A stretch of DNA of 64,000 bases from Octopus sinensis (GCF_006345805.1 NC_043000.1:127658001-127722000); one strand, 5' to 3'; shown: positions 36,961-50,961, counted from the stretch's first letter. Notes: a model not told the origin generated them from the sequence alone. Made by a program: numbers and translations.

Positions 36961-37300
36961 TGGCTGTGTAGTAAGTATCTTGCTTACCAACCATATGGTT
37001 CCGGGTTCAGTCCCACTGCATGGCACCTTGGGCAAGTGTCTTCTACTATAGACTCGGGCCGACCAAAGCCTTGTGAGTGGATTTGGTTGACGGAAACTGA
37101 AAGAAGCCCATCGTATATATGTATATATATATATGCGTGTGTGTGTATATGTTTGTGTGTCTGTGTTTACCCCCCAACATCACTTGACAATCGATGCTGG
37201 TATGTTTACGTCTCCGTAACTTAGCGGTTCGGCCTAAGCGACCGATAGAATAAGTACTAGGCTTACAAAGAATAAGTCCTGGGGTCGATTTGCTCGATTA
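36961..37300 (+). mobile_element. SINE family A, 3'-truncated
   Basis: Head and body match family A. Confidence 0.88.
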
Positions 37301-37725
37301 AAAATTGATTAAAAATTGATTAAAATCAATTAGATATGAAAATCAGTGGGAAGTGAGACTGATTTTTAGCAGTGCCATAACAACTGCGGGAATGTTCCAG
37401 CCTTGTTAAACTTCATCAGCGAATTATATTTTAAACACAACTCCAGATTTTAGAGGATTAGAGAAATATATGAGTTTGAAGAATGGACACTGCGTAACGC
37501 AGTAATTTAAAAGTATGTCTAGCGAAATCTAGTGCTGCTGTTGCATGCAAACTTAGCTAATAAAGTAGATGTTAGTAAACTTGATGTAGTAAGGCAAAAT
37601 ATTTTAATAAAGTATACGAGCAAAAATCTTACTATAAAGTGCTATAGTTATATATAGTGTTGCAGAGGCAGAGAAAGGAATGCTACAACTAGAGGCTGAA
37701 GGTCTTCATTAGAGCATATGTATAC

Positions 37726-37770
<45 letters not shown>

Positions 37771-37934
37771 CGGCAAAAGAGGCCGATAGAATAAGTACTG
37801 GGCTTCCAGAGAATAAGTCCTGGGGTTGATTTGCTCGACTAAAGGCGGTGTTCCAGTTTGGCCGCATTGAAATGACTGAAACAAGTAAAAGAGAGAGAGA
37901 GAGCATATATGTGTGCATCATCAATAAATGCTTT

Positions 37935-37935
37935 T

Positions 37936-37989
<54 letters not shown>

Positions 37990-37990
37990 G

Positions 37991-38039
<49 letters not shown>

Positions 38040-38230
38040 TTGATGGATGGATGGATAGATAGATAGATAGATAGATAGACGGACGGGCAGGCAGACACAG
38101 ACAGACAGACAGACAGACAGAGGAACGGACGGGCGGGCAGGCGGGCGGACAGACAGACAGACAGAAAGACGGACTGACAGACAGACAGACAGACAGACAG
38201 ACAGATAGATAGACAGACAGACGGACAGAC

Positions 38231-38300
<70 letters not shown>
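37935..38300. repeat. (GATA)n/(GACA)n/(GGCG) microsatellite
   Basis: Direct observation. Confidence 0.95.
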
Positions 38301-38301
<1 letters not shown>

Positions 38302-38885
38302 CGTTGGCTTATGTCGGACGAATGAGAAAGTTCAATAAAGCTGTAGAGAATGGGAAACAGAGTTTGTCTCGTGATTCACGTTTCACACCGCTGCGTTCTT
38401 CAATATTCACGACGGGCTTCCACACAGTTTCTGTCTACCAAATTCACTCACAATTCATAAGTGGGTCCGAAACTAAAATGAAACGCAAGAGACAGCGTAG
38501 TGGGCCTGAACCCGAAATCACGGAGTTGCAGCGCGAACTTCTAAACCACACAGTTATGTCTGCACTTATAATCTTTTATTTTTGACTTGTTTCAGTCATT
38601 AGACAGCGATCATGCTGGGGCACCGCCTTGAAGAATTTTTAGTTGAATGAAATGAACGAAACCATCTTAGTACTTGTTTTCTTCTTAAACCTGATTCTTA
38701 TTCTATCGGTCTACTGCCGATCAACAGCTATTACGACTACGACTATTACTACTACTATTACTACTAAACACATCAACACTGGTTATTAAGCGGTGATGGA
38801 GGCCAAACACAGACACACATTTATGTGTGTGTGTGTGTGTGTGGTGTGTGTGTGTGTGTGTGTGTGTGCGTGCGTGTGGGTGTGG

Positions 38886-38927
<42 letters not shown>

Positions 38928-38939
38928 TTAATAATATGC

Positions 38940-39115
38940 ATTGTGGTTTCGATTCCTGGACCGGGCGAAACACTTGAGCAAAACACTTCATTTCACGTTG
39001 CTCCAGTCCACTCAGCTGGCAAAAATGAGTAACACTGTGATGGACTGGGGAACACATACGCCATTGAAACCGGAAACCTGGCCCATGAGCCTGGCTAGGC
39101 TTTAAAAGGGCGCAT
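38940..39115 (+). mobile_element. Chimeric SINE (family D-type centre plus family C V-like tail)
   Basis: ccactcagctggcaaaaatgagt is followed by tgtgatggactgg...gaaaccggaaacctggcccatgagcctggctaggctttaaaagggcgc. Confidence 0.65.
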
Positions 39116-39343
39116 TTATTTTTTATAATAATTAATAATATCAGAGTAATAAAATTATTCTATTTGCTAAAAAAAGTCTGAAACCATGGTCCAGGAGATA
39201 GATGGCAAATGTTTTTATTTTTTATTCCCTTCGAGATTTTATCCCTAATTAGTGGTTTGAACTGTTCCTTCTAGCGTAAGGGAGATCTATGATGGGTACC
39301 TCTTAATGTGTTTAAATGTACACTGTATTATATATATATATAT

Positions 39344-39374
<31 letters not shown>

Positions 39375-40635
39375 ATACGAAGGGCTTCTTTCAGTTTCCG
39401 TCTACCAAATCCACTATCAAGGTTTTGGTTGGCCCGAGGCTATAATAGAAGGCACTTCCCCAAGATGTCACGCAGTGGGACTGAACCCGGAACCATGTGG
39501 TTGGGAAGCAAACTTCTTACCACACAGCCATGCCTGCGCCTCTGTTTGAAGATAATACCTTCAGAAATAATCCTCGCCGTTGCATTTACATTGTGCAGGA
39601 TAACATTCAGTTAACACACATGTACCGACATGTTTGAAGTTCTTATATTTTCATTCCAGAGGAATGGCTGATCTTGATTGGTGGTCTTAGAAATGTCAAA
39701 GCTGTCTTTTCTTAATAGATCGGAAACAGACTGGTATTTCACATATTCCAAGCGTTAATTGACGTAGTCTTTCCTATCATCGTCACCATTACCACTGCCA
39801 TTATCACCCACATGGGAGTCCTTACGTAGTTACTCGGTCTCCTAGAAATAGTAACCAAATCTCTCTCAGATCATACCACACAGATTTTAAAATATAATAA
39901 TGAACATATTGCGTAATGTAGGCAACAACTATCATCACCAGCATCACTCACCAATACTACCATCACTGCTACTACTACTTTCAGTACCACACCACCACTA
40001 CCATTATTATTACTATCCACTATCACCATCTCCATACCCACACCAATACTACTACTAATATCCTCTATCACTACCACTACTACAACTACTTCTATTACCA
40101 CCACTATCATTGCTACTACTATGTCTTTCACCCTGTGAAATCTTTATCTCTCTCTTCTAAAGAACGGTAAACAGGGATGCCATTTTTTTTTAATTTTAAA
40201 AATGCCGTATTTCTATAGTTAAAGGGCCCTTTTTAAAGACCTAAATAAAGTAAAAAGTACCAAAAAAAACAGCACCTATGTAAAAAGAAAATCACATACA
40301 CAGTGGAAAGTATCAGAAGATTTATATTAAAAATTTCTATTCTAATTAAATTAAAATGAAATTTATATAATTACTTTCATTTTTACTCCATAATATTTTC
40401 GAAGATTTCTCGATCAATTTCTTTTGAAGTGGAAGCTGCAGTTTCACATGATTTAATTTTCTTTAATGGTTCGTTGGAAAGTTTATAATCATAGCAACAT
40501 TTACCACTTCGTTTAAGTCCATATTTGATGTTCAAATGTCTCTTCTTAATGTTTCGATGCTCATTTGATTTCATAAAATTCATGTGGCTAAATACAGTCT
40601 CCATATCAGCATTTGCATGTGGTAAAATGAGAAGT

Positions 40636-40882
40636 TATTTTATTTATTTATGCGCCCTTTTCAAGCCTAGCCAGGCTCATGGGCCCGGTTTCCCGGTTTT
40701 TATAGCGTATGTGTTCTCCCCAGCTGGACGGGACGCCAGTCCATCGCAGTGTTACTCAAGAAACAGGAAGAAAGAATGAGAGAAAGTTGGGGCGAAAGAG
40801 TACAACAGGGGTCACCACCACCCGCTTTAGGTGTTTACGCTCAATAAATACACACAACGCCCGGTCTGGGAATCGAAACCAC
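40636..40882 (-). mobile_element. 5'-truncated SINE family C with 32-bp flanking duplication
   Basis: V-like ctgcgatggactggcgtcccgtccag on the minus strand. tatcagcatttgcatgtggtaaaatgagaagt appears at 40604-40635 and 40883-40914. Confidence 0.85.
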
Positions 40883-41446
40883 TATCAGCATTTGCATGTG
40901 GTAAAATGAGAAGTATTAGAGCTATTAGACAAATGTTCAAATTGATTTTCCCAATCGACTCCCTTTACAATGATACTTCAGTCCAGAAAGAAACTGTGTC
41001 CACTGTACATTAAAAAAATTTTTTAATGAATATCAAATTTAGTCAGAATCTCTGAATCTTAATTAAAATGCTTTACATGGTCTATAATTCCAGTTCTTCT
41101 TGTTTTAAGACATTCTGTTACACTGACAAAACTCATTGATAGTAAAAGACGAGAATTCTCTAGAAGAAGCTGTTTAATTTGCTCCAAAGCTTCCTCAACA
41201 AATTTTGTGCATCGGCCTCTTATTTTATTTTCTTGGTCAGTAAATTTACATTGAGATTTTCTCAAATCAATAAGCAAGATATAGCTTTAGATCTAAATAA
41301 CCCTACATAGAACCATCTTCATTTAGCTCCTTTCCTATCATAATAATTATTGAACAGTGTGAATCAATGAGATGCCGAAGATCAATAATTTAGTGGGGGG
41401 GGGGGCATATGCTTACTCATTAAAATTCGTTTTTATTATTCTAGAT

Positions 41447-41702
41447 CAGAGGTTCTCAACCGTTTTTTTTTTTGCATATGGACCCCTTTAATTCTCTTAT
41501 TCTACTGGGCCCCCGTAGAATTCGATATTTAAAAGATCCTATTATATTTTTAGAATTAAAAATTATCAGAAATGGTTTTTAAAAAATCGTTAAAATATTT
41601 TGTGTGTTATTGAAGTATAACCAATTAATTGCACATAAATTTTAACAGCAAAACCTTTTATGGGCCCCCAAGAGTCATGTGGACCCCGGTTGAGAACCAC
41701 TG
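41447..41702. mobile_element. hAT (Charlie-like) MITE
   Basis: TIRs cagaggttctcaac / gttgagaaccactg; flanks ttctagat / atctagac fit an NTCTAGAN 8-bp target. Confidence 0.8.
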
Positions 41703-41796
41703 ATCTAGACCCTTAGTTTTATGGGTCGAAGGCGCAAGTACCCCACTGCAAGAGGAAGCTTTGGAGTCCGTGTGGAGCGCGGCTTTTAAGTTTGTA

Positions 41797-41981
41797 TTCT
41801 CTTTTACTCTTTTACTTGTTTTAGTTATTTGACTGTGGCCATGCTGGAGCACCGCCTTTAGTCGAGCAAATCGACCCCACGACTTATTCTATCGGTCTCT
41901 TTTGCCGAACCGCTAAGTTACGGAGACGTAAACACACCAGCATCGGTTGTCAAGCGATGTTGGGGGAACAAACACATACAT

Positions 41982-42036
<55 letters not shown>

Positions 42037-42201
42037 CACGACGGGCTTCTTTCAGTTTCTGCCTACCAAATCCACTCACAAGGCTTTGGACGGCCCGAGG
42101 CTATAGTAGAAGACACTTGCCCAAGGTGCCATGCAGTGGGACTGAACCCGGAACCATGTTGTTGGTAAGCAAGCTGCTTACCACACAGCCACTCCTATGC
42201 C
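41797..42201 (-). mobile_element. SINE family A, full length
   Basis: Reverse-complement match to family A. Confidence 0.9.
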
Positions 42202-44662
42202 TATATATAATTTTTTTTTTTTAAGTTAAAAGTATTTGGAAAAAAACTGTTTATAAAAATGAATTGTTACTACATTTAGTGATATTCGTTCAATGAATAT
42301 TTCGAATTTATACGATTTCCAAATATTTCTTCTTTTCCGATTTTTGGCCAAATTTCCTGTAGAAATGTAGAAATTTGCATCATAGTTCGTGTCTCATAAA
42401 GGCATACATCTGCGTGCACGGAATGGCATCCGGCCTGAATTTTGGACAGAAAATTCCGAGCTAAAATCTGATTTCATTTTAACGGAAAAGTACTAACTTA
42501 ACTCTAAATTATAATAAAATGTACAAAAAATTACGTGGGCGCCTAACTAAATGGATTTTTGCGCTGATAATAGTAACAAAAAAGTACTAAATTTAGAGCG
42601 AAAATCATTAAATTGGTAACCCTTACGAGGCAGCCTCAACACAGCCGCACAACTTGCTTGAAATAGTAGCCAGACTCCTCTCAAATTACTCCCAGACTTC
42701 TAAAAGTATCATAGTTACAGTTTGCGTGGAAAAAGTTCGACGGTCAAAGCTGGAACACCTTTGAGCATAACTCTACTCAAACAATAAAAACATTATTTGT
42801 TTCCTCCCCAACTCTTTCCTTATTTTTCAGTATTTCCTCTTTCCTATTCCTCCCACTACTCCTCAATTGATTCATTCGCTACCAACAGAAAACATCAGTC
42901 TCCAACAAAAAGTTCTCAAGGCAAAACATTTAAAATCCACTATTGAATCGTTTATATTCACTTTTTGCCAAGAGCATCATTTAGAGCTGTGTCAGTCATG
43001 GCATTTTGCTAGGGGGACAGTCACAGTATACAAAAATAAAGGCCGTAGTACAAAAAAACTCAATTCTATATTGTAAGTGTTAGATATAGTTGTGTATGAA
43101 TATCTGCGAATCAGTCAATTGTCCCATAGTCACACATATCAATGAAAACATCAATGGTAATTCTCTTTCGTTGTCACTAACACCTCCAATTTATCCCCTG
43201 CTAACTGAACTTTTCACGCAGCCATTTTATTTGTCTGCTTTTTTCGTATATTACGCGGTTTAGATAGATTTTCGGACCAATAACCTATTACTATGACAAG
43301 TTCTCAAGAGCTTCTTGTTGTTTTTATTTGTTACATATGAGTGAAGGCAGAGTCTCCCAAGGCTGGTGTGAGGAAATTATCGTCAAACCAGATACCTGGC
43401 TCAAATGTTTGCAATAGAGTGGGATCGCTAAAAGTATCCTGTGTGCGTGGTTGTGGTGCTAAACCGGATGACTGATTAAGTCTACCGCCTAAGTAGGCAG
43501 TAGCGGAATTTTAATTCAGAATTCTAAAATCTAGTAAAATATCGCAGGGCATTCGGTTCAATTTTCTTAAACTTCCGCCAATCCACCACCTTTGATTAGT
43601 ACTTTTTCTTATCAACTCTGAAAGAGATAAAATCAAGATTGGCTTCGATGACATTTGAACTCCAGGAGCATTAGAGTCGGAACAAATATCGCGACGCACA
43701 CTATCCAGTTCGCTAACGTCTCTACCAATTCGTTGGCGAGATTTTTTTTCTTTATCCAAATGACTTCAGATATTCAAGACTATTTATAACCAAAATTTGG
43801 GCAGTAGAAATAACTACTTGTTTTTAAGTTACCGAATATTATTCTGTTGTCACTAGACGACGCAACCTTGAGCAGACATCACAGCATAATCTGATTGGTG
43901 ATAAAGAATATTTTTGTAATAAAAACTGAAAGAAGAGAAAAAGATCTCGCAGTCGGAAATATACTAAAATCGAGTCGAACCGATGAATTTATTAACCTTT
44001 CATCATATATGGATCGATAAAATAACTACCAATCACGTAATTTTACGTAGAACATCAAATGTACTCACTTAGCTCACACATAAAGCGTTATGCTATTAGA
44101 TATCAAAGCTCAAAAGAATTAATAGAATCAATATAATTGATTTCAACAAAAATGAGCTAAGAGAAATAACTCAGGGTGGGCTGTGGCATATATATGAACA
44201 ATATAGACAAATGCAGTCATATCAAATACCATACAAATTCTTGAGTTACTAAAAATTATCTCCGCCTCGAGGGCATGCATCATAATTACCAAATAGTGAC
44301 AGAGAATAGCTCTATGTAAGAAATGGAGATAATCTCAGCAATCAAGGATTTCTCCAAAATTGACATGTCATAAATGAAAAGGACACGCTTAGGGTCTGGG
44401 AATAAGAGAAAAGTCGTAAATACGTGTTTCTGACTCAATAGCCGTCGTTGGCACGACAATTGTTTAGCTTGTCTCCTGTAGCCAAAGGACCACCGATTGA
44501 TGAAGATACACGAGAACAGTACGAAATAAATGCGTCTTAGAATATTCTACCCTTATAATACAATGGCCCGATTTATCACCTGAAGTGCCCAAATAAAAAG
44601 ATTTTCATATGTAAATAGATAAAATTGTTTGGAGAGATTTAATGGTATATGGTATATGGAAG

Positions 44663-44835
44663 CAGTGCAGTCCTAAGGTATAGGTACATTGGGCAATTGC
44701 CCGGGGGCCTTACGTGTCTAGAGGCAAACTTTTGATCTATGTATGCTACGGTTTGCTATGACTTACTATGGCTTACTATGAGGGCCTAGTGCATTGATTT
44801 ACTCAGGATCTTATGATGCTGTTAAGACAGACCTG
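44663..44835. mobile_element. Degenerate hAT-like MITE
   Basis: cagtgcagtcctaag ... gttaagacagacctg degenerate termini, with internal ttgggcaattgcccgggggcc. Confidence 0.4.
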
Positions 44836-45179
44836 CATGAAGGTTATTCAGTTATGAAGTCATGATGACCTGACTAGAAACATCCTTGACAAGAACTTTG
44901 ATTGTGATGGCGATAGTGTAATGGTGGTTGCTATTGGTGGAGGAGGTGATAATGGTGGTAGGCTGGTAGGATTCTTAGAATGTCGAGAAAATGTCTTGCG
45001 ATTACTTATATATTGAGTTCGAATCCTGCCATGATCAGCTAACTTTGCTTTTCAGCCTTCTAGTATCGATAAAATAAAGTGGGAGTCTAAGAAATTGAAT
45101 TGATGGTATAGAGACAAACCCCATTCCGTTAAAAGGCGCTGGCCTTGTGCCTAAATCAGAATCCATTGGTGACAAGGCG

Positions 45180-45560
45180 GAGAGTGGGAAAAATGAGGAG
45201 GGAGAGAGAGGTGGTAATGATGAGCTGGTAATGATACTAGTGGCGAGAAAAAGGAGGAGAAGGAAGAAGAGAAGGCGGTGAGGAGGGTGTGTGGAGGAGG
45301 AGAGTGTGGAAGAGGAGGGTGTGTGGAAGAGGAGGGGTATGGAGGAAGAGGCGGGGAGGAGGAAGAGGTGGGGAGGAGAGGAAGAGGCGGTGAGGGGAGG
45401 AAGAGGCGGGAGAGGAGGAGGAGGAGATAAAGATAAAGATGGTAATAGTAATGGTGTTGGTGGCAGTGATGAGTACAGCGATGATGAAGAAGAGTATGGT
45501 GATGATGCTGATGAAGTCGACGAGGACAACGACGGTAGTAGCTGTTATGGTGGAGATAAT
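45180..45560. repeat. Purine-rich (GAG/GGA/GAT) low-complexity tract
   Basis: Direct observation. Confidence 0.85.
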
Positions 45561-45778
45561 AAGGAAAAGGACACCGTTGATTAGATTAAGTATATATTAC
45601 TTTGGTGAACTCACACAACCTACCACCAGCCCTTCCACCTGCTACTTATTACACGAACCACCTCCCTCCCTAAATAATTCCAGCCTTACGTCCCTGCTCA
45701 CATCAACCAGTTCTCTCTCAATCTATCTCCCTCTCTCTGCCTCTCTTTCTCTCTCTCTCTGTCTCTCCTTACTCACTC

Positions 45779-45854
<76 letters not shown>

Positions 45855-45890
45855 GTCTGTCTGTCTGTCTCTTTATCTATCTATCTTCTT

Positions 45891-46030
45891 TTCACGATCC
45901 CTTTTGATCGGAATTCGCCCCTTTTTTACTTTTTTCTTCTTCTTTTTCCCCTTTTTTTCTTCCCTAAAAGAAAAGCTCTATTTTGTGTTTTGTCCCCTCT
46001 GTGTTTAGCCCTGCGTGGCCAATAAAGAAA
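45891..46030 (+). mobile_element. Extremely 5'-truncated 3'UTR copy of the Tx1-like LINE, inside (TCTA)n
   Basis: Shares acgatccc(t)tttgatcg, aaaagaaaagctcta and the ...aataaagaaa end with the 47-kb LINE. TCTA repeats on both sides. Confidence 0.75.
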
Positions 46031-46083
46031 TCTATCTATCTCCAGATACATACATACATACATACACACACACATACATACAT

Positions 46084-46114
<31 letters not shown>

Positions 46115-46291
46115 TACATACATACATACATACATACATACATACATACATACATACATACATACATACATGTCTGCGGTGTATATATAATATATTCTTT
46201 CCTGTATAGCTCTCTTTCTATCATGTATATTTATATGTGTGTGTATGTGAGAGAGAGAGAAAAAGAGAGAGAGAGAGAGAGAGAGAGAAAC

Positions 46292-46404
<113 letters not shown>

Positions 46405-46544
46405 TCGTTTCTTTTGGAGCTGTCTATTTATGTGTGCGTACGTGTGTATATGTGTGTGTGTCTATGTCTCTGTGTCTGCGTTGTAAAGATAGGAGATGAG
46501 ACATGACACTAGAGTCCTTAAAATGCTTAATACACCTGCACTTG

Positions 46545-46745
46545 AACGCATGAAGACATGCGCACGCACACCGTTACACAAACATAGGCGCGCGTAGTGA
46601 AAAGAAAGCGGGGAGGGCGGTGTACCCCAGGAAACATTTTGTAGGGGCGGCACTTAATATATATATACATGTATTGTTTTTCGGGGAAGGAGAGGGCCAA
46701 CTTAAGGACCGCCCGGAGAGATGCAAACTCTAGCTATGCCGTGTG
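46545..46745. promoter_or_regulatory. GC-box/CpG-rich promoter-like patch
   Basis: gagggcgg (~46614), ggggcgg (~46645), ccgccc (~46709) and ggcgcgcg in an otherwise AT-rich context. Confidence 0.25.
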
Positions 46746-46783
46746 CGTGCATTTGTGTGTGTGTGTGTGTGTGTGTGTGAACA

Positions 46784-46814
<31 letters not shown>

Positions 46815-46969
46815 ATGAACATGTATGTGCGTGTGTGTGTGATATAGATAGACAGAGAAAAAGAAAGAAAGAAAGAAAGAAAGAAAGGAGAGCTGTGCAC
46901 ATGCATATATACATATATACACAATAATTATTCTATTTATTAGATGTTTATAAATTAATTGGTGTTGAG

Positions 46970-47037
<68 letters not shown>

Positions 47038-47038
<1 letters not shown>

Positions 47039-48235
47039 TGTTTCTTTATTAGCCACACAGGGCTGCACACAGATAGAACAAATTACAAGGTAGAGCTTTT
47101 CTTTTGAAGGTTTAAAAAAAAAAAAGGAAGGGGGAGTTTCGATCAAAAGGGATCGTAAAAGGAGAGAAAGAGGACAAAAAAAAAGGGGGGTTAAAAAAAA
47201 AGGGGGGGAGAGGAAAAAAAAAATTGATCAATAGGGATCGTTATCACAGAAATGTCAATATGAAGTGTAAAGGGGAGGACAGGTGAGGTTTACCCGTGGA
47301 AAGATAAGCCTACGGAAAAGACCACGGTAACCTCGGTCAATGGAGTCACATGTTATATTTCTTTTTTTTTTTTTTTTTGCGAATAAGCAACTCTCTGTTT
47401 TCAATTTCTGGGTTCATAGGATCATGCTCAAGGTGGCTTCGTCATTCATACGTGCCATTCTTGCTACATTCACCCATCTTTTTTTAAAACATTCGCTAGA
47501 CAAAACTTGCCTCTCTACTCTCACTTTCCTTTTCAAGTGGTACTTGAAGAAGTTGATGAGAGATTGACCAGACAGGAAAGTGTTTGTCTCCAATCCTTTC
47601 AGACGCGTCCACCAGATACATTCTTTCGCCATAGCCACAAGGATGATGAAAATAGCTCTTCCTTCCCGTTTGAAGGAAGGAGGCGTGACAATATTGACGA
47701 TAGACTCAGCTGATAAACCGACTCGTCCCACACGTGACAGCAGTTGTTCGACATAAGCCCACAGGTCGGAAATTGTTGGACACTGCACGAGTGCGTGCAG
47801 AACGGTTTCGTCGCTCTGACCGCATCTCGGGCAGGTCGGCCCCGTGTTTCTCGAGCCGTGTCTGTAGAGCTTATCCCGAACGAGTAGCGCTTCTCGGTAG
47901 CACTGCCAGGCCAGGGATCTCTGGAAGTTGTCCATGGGCCCTGGCCCGAAAGTCGTCCTAAACAGGCGGGTCAGGTACTCCTCGTCGACGTCCCCTATAG
48001 AATGCTTTGGTTGTGTTGAAGTCACTCAAGGTCGACCCGGGACGGCAGAGTTGCTTGAGAGCAACGCGACACTCGCGGTGCCAATCGCCCTTCCTCAGCC
48101 TCTTTTTGATCCACGACTGCAGTTCGGTCATGGAGACGAGCTGCGGGAAAGCGTGCCTCACAAACGGCGACCACACCTGTTCACCGTCGTCTACGAAGAG
48201 CCTGAGATGTCGCAGTCTCAGCGTGTGTCTGCGAA
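47038..48235 (-). mobile_element. Tx1/L1-clade LINE, 5'-truncated (ORF2 C-terminus plus 3'UTR), inserted in (GATA)n
   Basis: ORF 47414-48025: LAWQCYREALLVRDKL...CPRCGQSDETVLHALVQC (CCHC)...AKECIWWTR. The upstream part is frameshifted. GATA arrays flank both ends. Confidence 0.9.
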
Positions 48236-48317
<82 letters not shown>

Positions 48318-48966
48318 ATAGATAGATTGTTTTGAATAAATTAACTCCACGACTTGAAGGGAACTAAGTGTTTCATTCGACCCTCACGTATCAAAAGAAA
48401 GTTCACATATTCGCAATTCGAGCACACAATATCATATATTTCGAAACCCTTTTTGAAATTAATCCTAAAGATTGAAACATTTTGGAATACGCATTCCACC
48501 TACGATTCCAGTTTCTTTTCTTTCGGAGTTGGAAAATGTATCATGCAGAGTTTTTATTTATTTATTTATTTATCTTTTTAGTTGCGTTATGAACAATCAA
48601 TGCAGAATTGATCCAAAGCTCCTGGTATTGGCAATACGGAAAAGCTATAATTTCAAACATAGATAATTCCAATGAACGGTGATAGCATATCGATCAGGTA
48701 TGACAATTCACATAATCCTTTTTGATCTCCTAATTCCAAAATGGGAATGACTTTATTATCCATGAAAAGCTTTACTTCATGTTTTAACTCATACGTGTGC
48801 TTATTTTTTTATATCTAAATCTTCACAATGGGGCAATCAATCTTCCTATTCTGCTTCGTGGTCATTCAAAAAAATATCTTTAAATTCTCTGCTGTTCAAT
48901 CCCATATTTTTAATGAAGTTTATACATTTTATCACAAGTTAGATCACTAGAGAATATGCACAAGTA

Positions 48967-49260
48967 ATGGCACTCCGTCGGTTACGACGGCAAAGGTTCC
49001 AGCTGATCCGAACAACGGAACAGCCAGCTCGTGAAATTAATGTGCAAGTGGCTGAGCACTCCACAAACACCCGTACCCTTAATGTGGTTCTCAGGGAGAT
49101 TCAGCGTGATACAGAGTGTGAAAAGGCAGGTCCTTTGAAATACGAGTACTAGTGATTTCTGCCAGCTGAGTGGAGTGGAACAACGTGACAGAAAGTGTCC
49201 GCCAGGAATCGAACACGTGACCTTACGATCATGAGCCTAATACCCCTAAGCCACGCGCCT
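48967..49260 (-). mobile_element. SINE family D (tRNA head, ccactcagctggca centre, cgtaaccgacggagtgcca tail)
   Basis: Minus strand: ggcgcgtggcttaggggtattaggctcatgatcgtaaggtcacgtgttcgattcc tRNA-like head. Confidence 0.75.
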
Positions 49261-49289
49261 TTACTATATATATATATATATATATTACT

Positions 49290-49774
49290 TTTTTCGTCTG
49301 GCGTAAACAGCCCTTCTTATCTTGTTCTCCTTGTCCTGTCTCTCACTGTTATATATTTATTTTTCAACTGTTTATATATAATTTTTTTTTTACTGTTTAT
49401 ATGTTTGTACTGTCGTTACCGTCTTGCTTTTTTTACCATTTTTTACCCCTCTGCGAAAAGATCTCAGAATTTTAATTGATTTGCTTTTCGCAGGAAGGAA
49501 GTTTCTTCGAAGTATACGTCTCGCTTTTATCCTTCGAAACGTAGAGTAGATGAAACCTTAGCGACTGAAGAAGGGGATTTTTCGTTGTGCTTATTGTCCT
49601 GTATCTCTTTTTTTCTTTTTTGCTTGTCCTGTTCCTTGGTTGTGTCTATGTTTTTCGTCTCTCTATGTGTTCGACGTCTTTTTGGTGTCCTGTACACATA
49701 TATGCGTGTATATGTACATGTAGAGGTAGGTACGTACATATATGTTTATATATATGCATATGTTCTATTTTATT

Positions 49775-49780
<6 letters not shown>
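49290..49780 (+). mobile_element. Partial copy of the hammerhead-bearing repeat family
   Basis: Collinear with 31087-31559, ending at the same ttaacata-(AT)n junction. Confidence 0.85.
49501..49578 (+). ncRNA. Putative permuted hammerhead ribozyme, copy 3
   Basis: UACGUC (49515-20), UCGCU, CCUUC-GAAA-CGUA (49531-43), AGCGA-CUGAAGA (49560-71). Helix III is 5 bp here. Confidence 0.65.
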
Positions 49781-49855
<75 letters not shown>

Positions 49856-50655
49856 GCGATTCCAGGTTATCAGCGTTACACGGGCTTATCACAGATTTCG
49901 TATAAGACGCATACCTGCTCGGAGAATTTCACGTTTTTCCGCAATATTTGTTGCCCCAAATGATTTTTTTTTTAATATCTAACACTATGTCTTTTTCCAT
50001 TTCTAAGTTAAGGGTAAAAATAAAGCAACCTTACAAAACACAACTGATCTTTACGCACATACGCACAGAATAACAGCAAACAAATAACGTCAGTGGAGTG
50101 CACAACAAACATCAGCGATCTGACTGTCGCTTGTACTCTTGACAAGAGATGCCAGTTAGTATTTTACACCTACCAGGCTCGTTCGTATTAGCTGGAGTTG
50201 CTGGATAATTTTTCGTTCCTTTAAGAATATTGCAGAACAGAAACTTTTCATAGATTGGTATGTAAATCCTAATCTCTATATAAATTTATTGTTTCAATAA
50301 AACATCGAATTTGAATTATTTATAATTTTTACGATTATAGATAACAACTCGGGCTGTAACTTCTGAACCCGAGTCAGGTGCGTGTGAACGATGTCGAGGG
50401 AACGTCTGCTACGAATGATATTTTTTGACACAGGGCATCTCTAAGACGACCGCCAGACGCCGAACGAAAATATATGAACTGCGACTTGGCGCAAAAGAGG
50501 AACCTGAGTTATTGGCTGCAATTACATACTCGGAGTCAGTGTTGGCAGAAATTAAATCAGCTTGCAAATACACGTTCACTTTACTAGATTTATTCTCGGG
50601 CTAAGCCCGAACAGGCCGAGTGCCGGAGTCGCCACTGATATATATATATATATAT

Positions 50656-50961
50656 CTTCGCCCTTTTCAAGCCTAGCCAGTTTCATGGGCCCGGTTTCCC
50701 GGTTTCTGTGGCGTATGTGTTCACCCCCAACTGGACCGGACGCCAGTCCATCGCAGCGTTACTCAAGAAGCAAGAAGAGAGAATGAGGGGAGGTTGTAGC
50801 GAAAGAGTACAACAGGGGTCGCCACCACCCCCTGCCGGAGCTTCGTGGAGCTTTTAGGTGTTTTCGCACAATAAACACACACAACGCCCGGTTTGGGAAT
50901 CGAAACCACGTTCCTCCGACCGCGAGTCCGCTGCCTTAAACACTGGGCTATTGTGCCTCCA
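50656..50961 (-). mobile_element. SINE family C, full length (tRNA head plus V-domain-like tail)
   Basis: Minus strand: tggaggcacaatagcccagtgtttaaggcagcggactcgcggtcgg ... gctgcgatggactggcgtccggtccag ... ggctaggcttgaaaagggcg. Confidence 0.88.
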
